From a phage: a stretch of 64,000 nt of DNA. The notes under the pieces were generated by a model, which searched no databases, was not told the origin of the DNA, and saw nothing but the letters and a program-made list of their open reading frames with translations. Location: the sequence record PZ386977.1. One strand, 5' to 3'. The first letter of the stretch is position 1. Each line of letters starts with the position of its first letter. Below are positions 43,183 through 54,300 of the stretch, piece after piece. The position numbers and the translations under genes are program-made.

Positions 43183-45438
43183 TTAAAGCTTACAAGCAGA
43201 ACAATCTTCAGCTTTAGGTGTTTCTAATTCATAGTCATCTGTACCTGACCCATCACGAGTGTTATGATAGTAGAGGTTTTTTCCGCCAAAGTACCAGAAG
43301 TAAAGCAGATCGTCAAGCATTACTGACATTGGCACTTTACCTTTCTCAAATACTGCAGGGTCATAGTAAGTATTAGCAGAAGCAGATTGGCACACCCATT
43401 TCAACATGATAGCAACTTGGGTCAAATAAGGTTTATTACCTTTCTTAGCAAGTTTCCACGCGTAGTCGTAAAGACCCATGTTATGTTCTATATTAGGAAC
43501 AACCTGACGGAAGTTGCCTTCTTTAGATTCTTTAATACTCACTGGACCACGCGGCGGTTCAATCCCGTTTGTAGAGTTTGATACTTGACTGCTTGACTCA
43601 CAAGGCATGAGAGCGCTAAGTGTACTGTTACGAATTCCGTGTTCTTTGAGTTCAGCTCGAAGTTCTTCCCAGTCACAGACGTAGTTCGGGGCTGCGATTT
43701 GGTCAATCTTTTTATTGTACCAGTCGATAGGTAATTCGCCTCTAGACCATTTAGTGTCTGAATAATACTCGCAACATCCTTTTTCTTTGGCGAGTTTGAT
43801 TGAAGCTTTGATAAGGCCATATTGCAATCTCTCAAACAATTCATGAGTCAAATCGTTAGCGTCTTCATATGAAGCGAAGTTAGAAGCTAACCATGCAGCA
43901 TAGTTCGTAACACCAACACCAAGATTACGACGCTTTTTGGCTTTTAAAGCTTCTGGAACCGGATAATCTTGATAGTCTAACAGGTTATCAAGTGCACGTA
44001 CTTGTACTTCAGCAAGTTCATTAATTTTATCTTGGTCTTGCCAATCAAATTTATCTAACACGAATGCAGATAATGTGCATAAACCAATTTCAGCATCAGG
44101 ACCATTCACATCATTAGTTGGAATAGCGATTTCACAACATAAGTTACTCTGACGAATTGGAGCTTTTTCACGAATAAATGGAGTGTAGTTGTTCGTGTTA
44201 TCAACGAATTGCGGATAAATTCGAGCAGTGCCAGAACGTTCAGTCATGAACAATTCAAAGAGTTCTAGTGCTTTGATTCTTTTCTTTCTGATTGTTGGGT
44301 CTTTTTCAGCTTTCTCATAAAGCTCACGGAATTTATCTTGATCTTCAAAGAACGAGTAGTATAGTTCGCCTGACATTTCGTGAGGGCTAAATAAAGTAAT
44401 ATAATCATTTTTACCAAGGCGTTCCATCATAAGGTCATTAATCTGAATTCCGTAGTCCATATGTCGAATACGGTTTTCATCCACGCCTTTGTTATTTTTC
44501 AGAACTAATAGGTTCTCTACTTCTAAGTGCCACATTGGATAATACGCTGTAGCAGCACCGCCACGAATACCGCCTTGAGAACAAGATTTTACTGCAGTTT
44601 GGAAATGTTTCCAGAATGGAATAACACCTGTATGTCGAACTTCACCCATACCGATCTTAGAACCTTCTGCACGAAGCATACCAACGTTGATACCAATACC
44701 AGCTCGTTTAGAAATATATTCAATAATTGATGCTGAAGTTTTGTTAATAGATTTTAACGAATCACCGGCTTCAATAACTACACAACTAGAGAACTGGCGA
44801 GTTGGAGTACGAGCACCTGCCATAATTGGGGTTGGCAATGAAACTTGATGAGTAGAAACGGCGTCATAAAAACGAATAATATGTTTCAAACGGTCATGAG
44901 TTTCATCTTGATGTAAGGCCATACCAATAGCCATGATAGCAAACTGTGGAGTTTCATAAATCTTCCCAGTTGTTTTATCTTTAACCAGGTATTTTTCTTT
45001 AAGCTGCATAGCACCAGCATAAGTCAGATCAAAATCTCGCTCATGTTTAATCCGAGAATCAAGATAAATGATTTCTTCTGCAGAATATCTAGACAACAAC
45101 TCAGGATCGTATTTGCCTTCATTAACACAATACGAGATATGGTCGATAAAAGCAGGAGGTTCAAACTGACCATACACATCTTTACGAAGTGCGAACATTA
45201 ATCCTTTAGCGGCAACATATTGATAATCAGGTTCTTCGACAGAAATCGAGTTAGCTGCAACTTTAATACAAATCTTCTGAATATCTTTGGTGCTCATCCC
45301 GTCAACAAGATGGGTCTTAATTTCTTCGTACAATTCATATGGGTCAATTTGTGTTCCTTCACACTGCCAAGTTAAGACTTGAATAATTTTCTGTGCATCA
45401 AAATTTTGGGATACACCACTGCTCTTAGTTACTTGCAT
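43183..45438 (-). CDS. nrdA: ribonucleotide reductase large subunit
   Basis: 751-aa ORF; active-site motif SNLCCEIA. Confidence 0.95.
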   Translation of the reverse strand: MQVTKSSGVSQNFDAQKIIQVLTWQCEGTQIDPYELYEEIKTHLVDGMSTKDIQKICIKVAANSISVEEPDYQYVAAKGLMFALRKDVYGQFEPPAFIDHISYCVNEGKYDPELLSRYSAEEIIYLDSRIKHERDFDLTYAGAMQLKEKYLVKDKTTGKIYETPQFAIMAIGMALHQDETHDRLKHIIRFYDAVSTHQVSLPTPIMAGARTPTRQFSSCVVIEAGDSLKSINKTSASIIEYISKRAGIGINVGMLRAEGSKIGMGEVRHTGVIPFWKHFQTAVKSCSQGGIRGGAATAYYPMWHLEVENLLVLKNNKGVDENRIRHMDYGIQINDLMMERLGKNDYITLFSPHEMSGELYYSFFEDQDKFRELYEKAEKDPTIRKKRIKALELFELFMTERSGTARIYPQFVDNTNNYTPFIREKAPIRQSNLCCEIAIPTNDVNGPDAEIGLCTLSAFVLDKFDWQDQDKINELAEVQVRALDNLLDYQDYPVPEALKAKKRRNLGVGVTNYAAWLASNFASYEDANDLTHELFERLQYGLIKASIKLAKEKGCCEYYSDTKWSRGELPIDWYNKKIDQIAAPNYVCDWEELRAELKEHGIRNSTLSALMPCESSSQVSNSTNGIEPPRGPVSIKESKEGNFRQVVPNIEHNMGLYDYAWKLAKKGNKPYLTQVAIMLKWVCQSASANTYYDPAVFEKGKVPMSVMLDDLLYFWYFGGKNLYYHNTRDGSGTDDYELETPKAEDCSACKL

Positions 45439-45525
45439 ATATTCCTCAGTATAGGTTGATAGACATTACTCCAAACGGGATAGTATTTATCCCGTTAATT
45501 TATTATACACTTTTAAACTGAAGCG

Positions 45526-45780
45526 TTAATTATCCTCAGCAATAATTTCTTCGTATTCTTTAGGTGTCAAGACTGTGATATCGAAATAAACCAATGGTTC
45601 TTTTTCCATACCGTAACCACCACAAAATTCACGATATTCATAAATTCGTTCATGTGAATAACAAATGAATCGTTCACCTTTAATTGTGATTTCACTATTT
45701 GGTGAAGGGATATCCAGTTCACTTGGATTTTTCATTTCAAAAATTGTGGTGCCATATGAATTAATAAAACGTAAAATCAT
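45526..45780 (-). CDS. hypothetical protein (84 aa), positional counterpart of nrdA.1
   Basis: ORF between td and nrdA. Confidence 0.55.
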   Translation of the reverse strand: MILRFINSYGTTIFEMKNPSELDIPSPNSEITIKGERFICYSHERIYEYREFCGGYGMEKEPLVYFDITVLTPKEYEEIIAEDN

Positions 45781-45781
45781 T

Positions 45782-46642
45782 TTATACCGCCATTTTAGCT
45801 TTGATAACTGGATGAGATTCGTAATTTTTAAGAACGAAATCGGAATGTATCATCGTTCCAGTAACCCAGTCCATTTGGATTTTTGTAGGCCAATTCTCAA
45901 AATTACTAGGCCAATTAATTTCAAGAGAACATAACTCTTTAGGTTCACGACGAAGAACTTCTTTGCATTGTTCTACATGATTGCTGTAGATATGCGTGTT
46001 GCCGCCTGAGAACACTAAATCACCTGGGATAAGGTTACACATCTTCGCTACAATATGCGTCAAGGCAGCGTACGAGGCAATGTTGAACGGCAGGCCCAAG
46101 AAAACATCTACACTGCGTTGATACCATTGTAAATCAAGATGTCCATTACGCACATTAAATTGATAGAACATATGACAAGGAGGAAGAGCCATTTGATTTA
46201 TTTCGGCCGGATTCCATGCAGAAACTATTTGACGACGATCATTAGGAAGAGCTTTAATACGGTCGATAGTTTTGACCAATTGGTCTACACCACCAAAATC
46301 ACGCCATTGTTTACCGTATATAGGACCAAGTTCACCACTATGATAACCAAGGTCTTTTGCCTGATTTTCGTAATTATCGTCCCAAATAGTTTTACCTTCA
46401 ATTAGACTACCATGAGTACGAAGACGTAATTCATTAACATTAGTAGAACCGGACATGAACCACAGTAACTCGGCAATACAAGCTTTCCATGCTAATTTCT
46501 TAGTTGTTACCGCAGGGAATCCTTTAGTCAGATCCCAACGTAATTTAGTTCCGAACAGGGCAATTGTTCCTGTGCCTGTACGGTCGTCTGTTTCGTAGCC
46601 ATTTTCTAGGATATCATTAATCAGGTATTGGTATTGTTTCAT
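45782..46642 (-). CDS. td: thymidylate synthase, uninterrupted (no intron)
   Basis: 286-aa continuous ORF; catalytic motif ALPPCH. Confidence 0.95.
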   Translation of the reverse strand: MKQYQYLINDILENGYETDDRTGTGTIALFGTKLRWDLTKGFPAVTTKKLAWKACIAELLWFMSGSTNVNELRLRTHGSLIEGKTIWDDNYENQAKDLGYHSGELGPIYGKQWRDFGGVDQLVKTIDRIKALPNDRRQIVSAWNPAEINQMALPPCHMFYQFNVRNGHLDLQWYQRSVDVFLGLPFNIASYAALTHIVAKMCNLIPGDLVFSGGNTHIYSNHVEQCKEVLRREPKELCSLEINWPSNFENWPTKIQMDWVTGTMIHSDFVLKNYESHPVIKAKMAV

Positions 46643-47226
46643 TTATACACACTCTCAGTAATTTCGGTGAGTTCATCGATTCTGTAGTAATGAGATTCTA
46701 CCATAGAACGTTGAAGCATAATATCTTGGACGAAATCTTTATCAAGTTGAACATCAGAATTAACACGACATTTCTTAATGATTTTAGTCATCACGATTTC
46801 ATCGGCATAAGGCAGCGCCTGTTTTAATAAAGCAGGACCGCCAATAACCGAGACATCAACATGTTCAGTAGAAAGTTTAAACGGTACGTCGGTTGAAGGG
46901 CTGAACAAGTTAATTTCACTACCCATTACCAAGGTAATAAATTCTGCTTGGGTGATATAGAAATGTGCAAGTTCGTCGGTTTTAGTCCTAGGCAGTTTTC
47001 TGGCCATATCGGTGACAACCACATGAGTACGATCCGGGAGTAGACGAGGTAATGATGCAAAAGTCTTAGCACCCATAACCAATACAGTGTTTTTAGTGCG
47101 AGCAACAAAGTTACTCATATCTTGTTTGATATGCTTCCACGGCAGTCCATCACCTAATCCAAAAGCATATTCCAGTTTATCATCAACTGTTTTAGATGGT
47201 GCGCATGCGAATACTAATTTAAGCAT
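46639..47226 (-). CDS. frd: dihydrofolate reductase
   Basis: 195-aa ORF; GLPW motif; coupled to td. Confidence 0.9.
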   Translation of the reverse strand: MLKLVFACAPSKTVDDKLEYAFGLGDGLPWKHIKQDMSNFVARTKNTVLVMGAKTFASLPRLLPDRTHVVVTDMARKLPRTKTDELAHFYITQAEFITLVMGSEINLFSPSTDVPFKLSTEHVDVSVIGGPALLKQALPYADEIVMTKIIKKCRVNSDVQLDKDFVQDIMLQRSMVESHYYRIDELTEITESVYK

Positions 47227-47228
47227 TT

Positions 47229-47477
47229 TTATTTCCTCAGATTTTTCTTAACAACCTTCCAATCAGCTTTGAACATTTCAACGTCAGAGTGGTGAATCCA
47301 GAATCCTGCGCTTTCACCGTCTTCGTAAAGTGGACATCCATCGCATTCTTCGTTCCAGCCCATTTCACGTAAAGCTTCTTCAGCTTGTTCAAGGAGTTCA
47401 GCATCTTTACCGACGATGTTGAAGTACCATTTACCTCTAACTTCAGAATCTTTGATGCTCTGGCGTTGCAATCTCAT
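47229..47477 (-). CDS. hypothetical protein (82 aa), frd.1 position
   Basis: ORF upstream of frd. Confidence 0.55.
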   Translation of the reverse strand: MRLQRQSIKDSEVRGKWYFNIVGKDAELLEQAEEALREMGWNEECDGCPLYEDGESAGFWIHHSDVEMFKADWKVVKKNLRK

Positions 47478-47540
47478 TTTATTCTCCTCTTCACTTTTAT
47501 TTGATAGGGCTACTATAACATAACCCTATCTGATTGTAAA

Positions 47541-47945
47541 CTACTTTTTAAAAGTTTTTTGCAAAAGTTCGATGATTTCGTCGACGTTGGTTTCATCTAC
47601 GATACAATGGATTTTTGTTACACCTAAAGTTATACCTTCGTTAGTAGGTTGAGGCTTTACTAAATCTACCTCAGTAAAGTACTCAATAAAGTATTTGAAC
47701 TCATCAGGATAAATCTCAAAATAAGTTTCAATTTCACCACCGGCAGAACATACAGTACCATCTTCCATAGTTACACTTACTACGTTTGGCGTATCGCTAT
47801 CGTAATCAGGTTCCATTCCGTTTACAACAAAACTAGGCCCATGGAGTTCAATCAGTTTTAACATCTTAGCGTTATTATGTGGTGCTTCTTGAACAAAGTC
47901 ATCTTTAAATAAAGGATTAATGATATAAGATTTTCCGATTTCCAT
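47541..47945 (-). CDS. hypothetical acidic protein (134 aa), frd.2/frd.3 position
   Basis: ORF with early promoter upstream. Confidence 0.55.
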   Translation of the reverse strand: MEIGKSYIINPLFKDDFVQEAPHNNAKMLKLIELHGPSFVVNGMEPDYDSDTPNVVSVTMEDGTVCSAGGEIETYFEIYPDEFKYFIEYFTEVDLVKPQPTNEGITLGVTKIHCIVDETNVDEIIELLQKTFKK

Positions 47946-48030
47946 TTTGATTTCCTCATGTTGTTGATAAGTCTATATTAACACATCCAGGGAAGAAGTA
48001 AACAACTTTTTCGGCAATTTACAGATACTC

Positions 48031-48052
48031 AAAAGGGAGACCGAAGTCTCCC
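48031..48052 (-). terminator. intrinsic terminator after gene 32 (GGGAGAC-UUCG-GUCUCCC plus U4)
   Basis: hairpin 48035..48052 followed on the minus strand by UUUUGAG. Confidence 0.8.
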
Positions 48053-48058
48053 AATTTA

Positions 48059-48958
48059 TTATAGACCAGCTAACAGGTCATCGAGGTCGCCGTCGTCAGA
48101 AGACGAGGAACTCATGAAGTCATCTTCAGTTTTTGCAGAACCAAAGGCTTCCATGTCTTTATCAAAATCGTCAAGGTCAGAAGCAACTTTATCTGCAACA
48201 GAAGCTGCGGCAGCTGCTGCACCACCAAGAGCGGCAGTACCAAGAACTTGATTAAATTTAGTATTCAATTCTTCAAACGATTTGAACTTATCTTTAGAAG
48301 TCATTTCAGAAAGGTCAACCATTTGTTCGAACAATTCTTTCTGGAAAGATTCATCATCAATGTTTGGAATCGCAGATTGATTCAGGAATTTAGATTCATC
48401 GTAGTTACTGAAACCAGAAACCTGTTTAACTTTCAGCACAAAGTTAGCACCTTCCCATGGGCAAGTTACATCAACAGGAGTTTCACCCATTTCAGTATCG
48501 ACTGCAATCATTGCATTGATTTTGTCCCAAATCTTTTTACCGAAACGATATTTGAATACTTTACCTTCATTATCTGGAGCTTGTGGGTCTTTAACAACCA
48601 GGATATTAGCCCAATAAGAAGTTTTACGTTTCAGTTGAGAATATTCTGTTTTGTTTGTATTGTATAGGTCATTTTTACTAATGTACTGACATACAGGACA
48701 AGAGTCATAATCGCCGTGTGTAGATGAACAGGTTTCAATATACCATTTGCCATTTTTCTTGAACCCGTGGTTAACAAGAATTGTAAACGGAAGTGCGTCA
48801 TCTGTTTTTGCCGGCAGGAAACGAATTACCGCTTGACCATTACCGGATGCATCGAGTTTCAGCTTCCATTCACCTTTATCTTCTGAAGAGAAACCTTTGT
48901 TACCATTCAGTTTAGCCATCTGAGCTGCGAGGTCTGCGGTACTTTTACGTTTAAACAT
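48059..48958 (-). CDS. 32: single-stranded DNA-binding protein (gp32)
   Basis: 299-aa ORF; Zn-binding Cys/His cluster and acidic Ser/Asp-rich C-terminus. Confidence 0.95.
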   Translation of the reverse strand: MFKRKSTADLAAQMAKLNGNKGFSSEDKGEWKLKLDASGNGQAVIRFLPAKTDDALPFTILVNHGFKKNGKWYIETCSSTHGDYDSCPVCQYISKNDLYNTNKTEYSQLKRKTSYWANILVVKDPQAPDNEGKVFKYRFGKKIWDKINAMIAVDTEMGETPVDVTCPWEGANFVLKVKQVSGFSNYDESKFLNQSAIPNIDDESFQKELFEQMVDLSEMTSKDKFKSFEELNTKFNQVLGTAALGGAAAAAASVADKVASDLDDFDKDMEAFGSAKTEDDFMSSSSSDDGDLDDLLAGL

Positions 48959-49029
48959 TTTTATTTGCCTTTATTTAGATTATTAATTAAATTTTACAGT
49001 TGGTTGCTACGACACTTATACCTCGTAGC
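48959..49029 (-). promoter_or_regulatory. gene 32 mRNA leader: hairpin/pseudoknot-forming element plus AU-rich unstructured tract (autogenous translational operator)
   Basis: minus-strand GCUACGA-N10-UCGUAGC hairpin (49006..49029) followed by about 45 nt of A/U-rich sequence ending at the gene 32 AUG. Confidence 0.6.
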
Positions 49030-49076
49030 TGGTATGTTTTATTTATACGGTAATTCTAACACAGATAGAATAAAGC

Positions 49077-49730
49077 TTAATACTTACATGATTTGATTGT
49101 TTCTATGAACAATTTCTTAGCAGCATTTCCATCGATTTGAAGTATTTTTCGATATGCCTTTAATTTGGTAGAATAATTTTGCCAGACTAAATTGTCAGTG
49201 AGTTCGTCATGCTTATCTATAATATTCAAAAATGAGTCCAACAATAAGAAAGTCTCAAATGAAATTATATTGCTTTGTAGCAATTTGAATATGTAGCTCG
49301 ACTGAACGTTGTTATTATAATCAAATATCTCTTGAAGCGCACTAACTTCAACTTTCTTACTGAAATAGTAGATGTTACGTACGTCTTCAGCAAACGTCTC
49401 TTTAGCTTGTTTGAGACGTCCAATATATTCCCTATAGAAAACTAATGCATCAGCGTCTGATATCTCACCAATCCATGCGTCTTGGTTAGCAACTAAGTTA
49501 CTAATGAATATCAAGGTGAGTTCCTTCAATTTATATTTCTCTGCTAGTTTTTCAAAGAAATATTTATCTCGGCGTTTTTGATACGCATTATCCGAAACAC
49601 GCATGCACCAGTTATATTTGATTACGTCATACCGACCATTAAAATGTTGTTTGCACATCAAGTATAGTTTGTATACCGATTTTCCGTTAATATAACGTTC
49701 TCCGTCAGGAGGCATGCGTATTTTAATCAT
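49077..49730 (-). CDS. 59: helicase loader (gp59)
   Basis: 217-aa ORF, exact T4 gp59 size, immediately upstream of gene 32. Confidence 0.88.
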   Translation of the reverse strand: MIKIRMPPDGERYINGKSVYKLYLMCKQHFNGRYDVIKYNWCMRVSDNAYQKRRDKYFFEKLAEKYKLKELTLIFISNLVANQDAWIGEISDADALVFYREYIGRLKQAKETFAEDVRNIYYFSKKVEVSALQEIFDYNNNVQSSYIFKLLQSNIISFETFLLLDSFLNIIDKHDELTDNLVWQNYSTKLKAYRKILQIDGNAAKKLFIETIKSCKY

Positions 49731-50065
49731 AATAAGAAATCTAACGTATTAGTTTTTTCACCACGAGCAACTGATGGGCGAAGCATGTTTTCGTCAATTG
49801 CTTCGCTTGTAATTTTTTCAACAATTCCTGTAGGAATAAATTTAGCAAATTGCGTTTCTGGAATAGAATTTTCTTCTAAGAAAGCAGTTGTTGCTTCTAA
49901 ATAAGACATACCAAATTGTTCAACCATAGATTCGATAATGAATCCGTTTTCTTGTCGGTCAAGCAATTTAGCGATATCATCTTTATCATGTTTTACTGCT
50001 AATTCTTGTTCAGATAAACCGGCCTCATCAACCGGTTTAATATCACTTAGTGAAAACTGTGTCAT
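49727..50065 (-). CDS. 33: late transcription co-activator (gp33)
   Basis: 112-aa ORF, exact T4 gp33 size. Confidence 0.85.
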   Translation of the reverse strand: MTQFSLSDIKPVDEAGLSEQELAVKHDKDDIAKLLDRQENGFIIESMVEQFGMSYLEATTAFLEENSIPETQFAKFIPTGIVEKITSEAIDENMLRPSVARGEKTNTLDFLL

Positions 50066-50312
50066 AAAGCTCGACTACCTCTTCGTTTTCAGCTTCAAAT
50101 TGGTCACGAGCGTCTTTATGATAAAGAGCTAACAAACGATTAAACATTTTTCCATCGACGCCAAGTTCTTCTTTAGCACGAGTACGAATGTCTTTAATCA
50201 GTTCATTATAACCAGAAATTTTAAGTTTGTTATCGGAAGCTTCCTTGACTAGTTTAGCCAGTTCTTCACCATGCACATCTTGATTAAATTCAACTGCTTC
50301 TTTCTTAGCCAT
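50043..50312 (-). CDS. dsbA: DsbA double-stranded DNA-binding protein
   Basis: 89-aa product from Met MAKKEAVEF with RBS GAGG; the track ORF is 6 codons longer. Confidence 0.75.
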   Translation of the reverse strand: MAKKEAVEFNQDVHGEELAKLVKEASDNKLKISGYNELIKDIRTRAKEELGVDGKMFNRLLALYHKDARDQFEAENEEVVELYDTVFTK

Positions 50313-50319
50313 GTTTACC

Positions 50320-51237
50320 TCAGAATTCATTAATTACACTTGTTAATTTAGAAAGACCAGATTTTACAAAATATGAATAAATCTTGCCTTTAGGTTGTTG
50401 TTTATATGAGTTATAATACTCTATAATGGTTGAAGCAATATTATCAGGGATATAATCAAAATCAATGAGAACCAAATTTTCTTGATACCGTTTATATTCT
50501 TCTGCACTTAATAATACTTCAGCTTGAGAACGGTCATTGGCAATTGCTTCAATAATCGATGTTTTCATACTCGGAGTTCGTTCACCTTCAACTCGAGTAA
50601 ACCAGAAGTCACCACGAACTCGAACCGATGCGACACCATCCTTACGGTCACCTTTAAGAATTTTAGTCATGCAATCAATTTCAGCAGAACCATTTTTAAT
50701 TTTGACCCATTTTTTCTGTGGTGGTGACCATTGTTTAACGTTAGGATATTTGTGTAATTGTGTAAAGTCACCATCTGATGCAACAATACATACTTTATGT
50801 CCAGCTAATGACAAATATTTAGTTAATACACCGATATGGTCATCCGCTTCATACTTGTCAATATCCATTACAACGTATGGCATGTATTTCTTAATCTCAT
50901 CAACAACTTGATGGAGTGCAGTAAAATATCCTTCCCAATCCCACTTTGAAGCTTCACGGTCTGTTTTACGGTTTTTCTTGTAATAATACGCAAAGTCCCG
51001 ACGCCAATAACCTGAAGTGGCATTATCCATACACAATACAAATTTTGTATAGCCTTGCTTACGGAACATCACTACATTTTTACGAATTGAATTCAAGATT
51101 ACATGGCGAACCATCGGAACAGTAATTTTATCGCCGTCTTCAAAGTTGTTTAATGCGGCTGCCAGTGCAATGTTACTAAAGTCGGCAAGTGCAATACCTT
51201 CTTTGTAATCTTCATCCAACATCATTTCTAAATCCAT
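50320..51237 (-). CDS. rnh: RNase H (5'-3' exonuclease, FEN family)
   Basis: 305-aa ORF, T4 Rnh size and position. Confidence 0.9.
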   Translation of the reverse strand: MDLEMMLDEDYKEGIALADFSNIALAAALNNFEDGDKITVPMVRHVILNSIRKNVVMFRKQGYTKFVLCMDNATSGYWRRDFAYYYKKNRKTDREASKWDWEGYFTALHQVVDEIKKYMPYVVMDIDKYEADDHIGVLTKYLSLAGHKVCIVASDGDFTQLHKYPNVKQWSPPQKKWVKIKNGSAEIDCMTKILKGDRKDGVASVRVRGDFWFTRVEGERTPSMKTSIIEAIANDRSQAEVLLSAEEYKRYQENLVLIDFDYIPDNIASTIIEYYNSYKQQPKGKIYSYFVKSGLSKLTSVINEF

Positions 51238-51302
51238 ATGAACCTCTTGTTCAGTTAGTCAACTTGTCTATAGTAACACACTCATTTGAAAGCGTAAACT
51301 GG

Positions 51303-51310
51303 TATAAATA
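51303..51310 (+). promoter_or_regulatory. late promoter TATAAATA upstream of gene 34
   Basis: TATAAATA 30 nt upstream of ATG with RBS AAAGGAAA. Confidence 0.65.
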
Positions 51311-51340
51311 AGTATTATTGAAACAATAAAGGAAAAACGA

Positions 51341-54300
51341 ATGGCCGACATCAAACGTAAGTTCAGAGCCGAAGACGGTCTGGACGCCGGTGGCGACAAG
51401 ATTGTTAACGTAGCATTAGCCGACCGTACAGTAGGTACTGATGGCGTAAACGTTGACTTCCTGGTACAAGAAAACACCGTTCAAGTATATGATTCTACGC
51501 GTGGATATAACAAAGGATTTGTTGTTCTTTATGACAACCGTTTATATCAAGCAATAAATGATATCGTGTCTCCTTCCGGGGCATTTAACCTTTTACAATG
51601 GCGTGCAGTTCGTACTGATGCACAATGGATAACTGTCGCTTCTGGGAATTATCAACTTTCTTCAGGTGAATCGATTTCGGTTAACACTGGTGCCGGCAAT
51701 GATATGGTTTTCACGTTGCCAAATGCGCCGGTTGATGGTGACACTATTGTTTTGGCTGATATTGGTGGAAGAACCGGGGCAGTTAAAGTACAGATTAACG
51801 CGTCTGTGCAGAGTATTTTAAACTTTAGAGGCGAACAAGTTCGTACAGTTTTAATGACGCGTCCGCGTTCACAACTAGTGTTTGTGTTTAGTAATCGTTT
51901 GTGGCAGATGTATATCATTGATTATGGTAAAGAATCAATCACTGTTACACCTGCTACACCATATCAAGCGCAAGCAAACGATTTTATTGTTCTTCGTTTT
52001 ACTAGTGCAGCACCAATCGACATTACACTTCCACGTAATGCTAACAATGGTGATATAATCAGCCTAGTTGATTTAGATAAATTAAACCCACTGTATCATA
52101 CGATTATTAAAACATTTGATGATACAACGTCTATTGGCGAAGTCGGGACTCATATCGTCGAAGGCAGAACTTCTTCTGACGCGTTTTTTGTTTTTGATGC
52201 TGCAAATAGTTTATGGCGTATATGGGAAGGCGACCAGAAATCACGTCTTCGTATTATCCGTACAGATTCAAATATTCGCCCAAATGAAGAAGTTCTTATT
52301 TTTGGCACAAATAACGCTACAGCAGAAACTATTAATCTTACGCTGCCCACCGGAATTTTGAGTGGTGACACTGTTAAAATTTCAATGAACTACATGCGTA
52401 AAGGCCAAACAGTAAAAATTAAAGCTGCCGAAGGTGATACAATTGCTTCTTCTGTCGCATTACTTCAGTTCCCTAAACGTTCTGAATATCCACCTGATGC
52501 TCAATGGGTCTCTGTTACTGAACTAGAATTCAATGGCACTACTTCATATGTTCCTGTATTAGAATTAGCATATGTTGAAGACACCGATTCTGACACTCAT
52601 TATTGGGTTGTTCAACAGAATGTCCCTACAGTAGAACGTGTTGATGCTGGAACTGATGCTACACGAGCTCGTTTAGGTGTTATTGCTCTTGCTACTCAAG
52701 CGCAAGCAAATGCTGATTTAGAGAATACTCCAGCTAAAGAAGTGGCTATTACTCCTGAAACGTTGGCAAATCGTACAGCAACTGAAGCTCGACGTGGTAT
52801 CGCTAAAATTGCTACAACAGCACAGGTTAATCAGAATTCCACTGCAACATTTGTGGATGATACTATTGTTACGCCTAAAAAATTAAATGAGCGTACAGCA
52901 ACCGAAACTCGTCGTGGTCTTGCTGAAATTGCTACTCAGGCTGAAACAGATGCTGGTCTTGATGACACAACAATTATTACACCTAAGAAATTGCAGGCAC
53001 GTCAGGGTTCTGAAACACTATCGGGTATAGTTAAATATGTATCAACTACTTCTGCTACTCCTGCTGAAACTCGTGGAGCTGCAGGCACTAACGTTTATAA
53101 TAAAACCGTAAATAATTTAACTATTTCTCCTAAAGCCCTTGACCAATATAAAGCAACTTATGCTCAACAAGGTGCAGTAATTTTAGCTGTTGATAGTGAA
53201 GTAATTGCTGGTCAATCTCAGTCTGGATACTCTCATGCTGTAGTAACTCCTGAAACACTACATAAGAAAACTTCTACTGATGGACGTATTGGTTTAATTG
53301 AAATTGCTACGCAAGCAGAAACTAATGCTGGGACTGATTATACACGTGCAGTAACGCCTAAGACGTTAAATGATAGGAGAGCGACGGAAGGATTATCCGG
53401 CATAGCCGAAATTGCTACGCAAGTTGAATTTGATACTGGAACTGATGATACTCGTATCTCGACTCCACTGAAAATTAAAACTCATTTTGATTCTTCTGAC
53501 CGTACCAGTGTTAATTCTGATTCCGGTCTTATTGAAGAAGGAACCTTGTGGAACCATTATACTCTTGATATTTCTAAAGCAAATGAAACACAACGTGGTA
53601 CACTTCGCGTAGCGACTCAGGCAGAATCTAATGCAGGAACTTTAGATGATGTTCTTATTACTCCTAAAAAGCTTTTAGGGACTAAGTCCACTGAAACGTC
53701 TGAAGGTGTAATTAAGGTTGCTACTCGGGCTGAAACTGTAACAGGAACTTCTGCTAATACTGCTGTATCGCCTAAGAATTTAAAATGGATTGTCCAGAAT
53801 GAACCGACATGGGCTGCTACTACGGCAATTCGTGGATTCGTTAAAACTTCATCCGGTTCTATTACATTCGTTGGTGACGATACTCACGGTAGTACCCAGG
53901 ATCTGAATCTTTACGAGAAAAATAGTTATGCTATTTCTCCATATGAATTAAACCGTGTACTTGCTAACTATTTGCCATTAAAAGCAAAAGCTGCTGACGC
54001 AAGTTTATTAGATGGCATAGATTCATCTCAGTTCATTCGTAGGGATATTGCACAGACGGTTAATGGTTCACTAACCTTAACGAAACAAACTAATCTGAGT
54101 GCCCCTCTTGTATCATCTAGTACTGCTACGTTTGGTGGGTCAGTTTCGGCAAATAGTACATTAACTATTTCTAACTCCGGCACAGCTACTCGTCTGATTT
54201 TTGAGAAAGGACCTCAGACTGGAACTAACCCAGCACAGACGATGACTATCAGAGTATGGGGAAATCAGTTCGGTGGCGGATCAGATACAACACGTTCTAC

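Noticed and set aside
48248-48667. 139-aa plus-strand ORF inside gene 32
   Set aside because: Antisense shadow ORF; hydrophobic junk composition.
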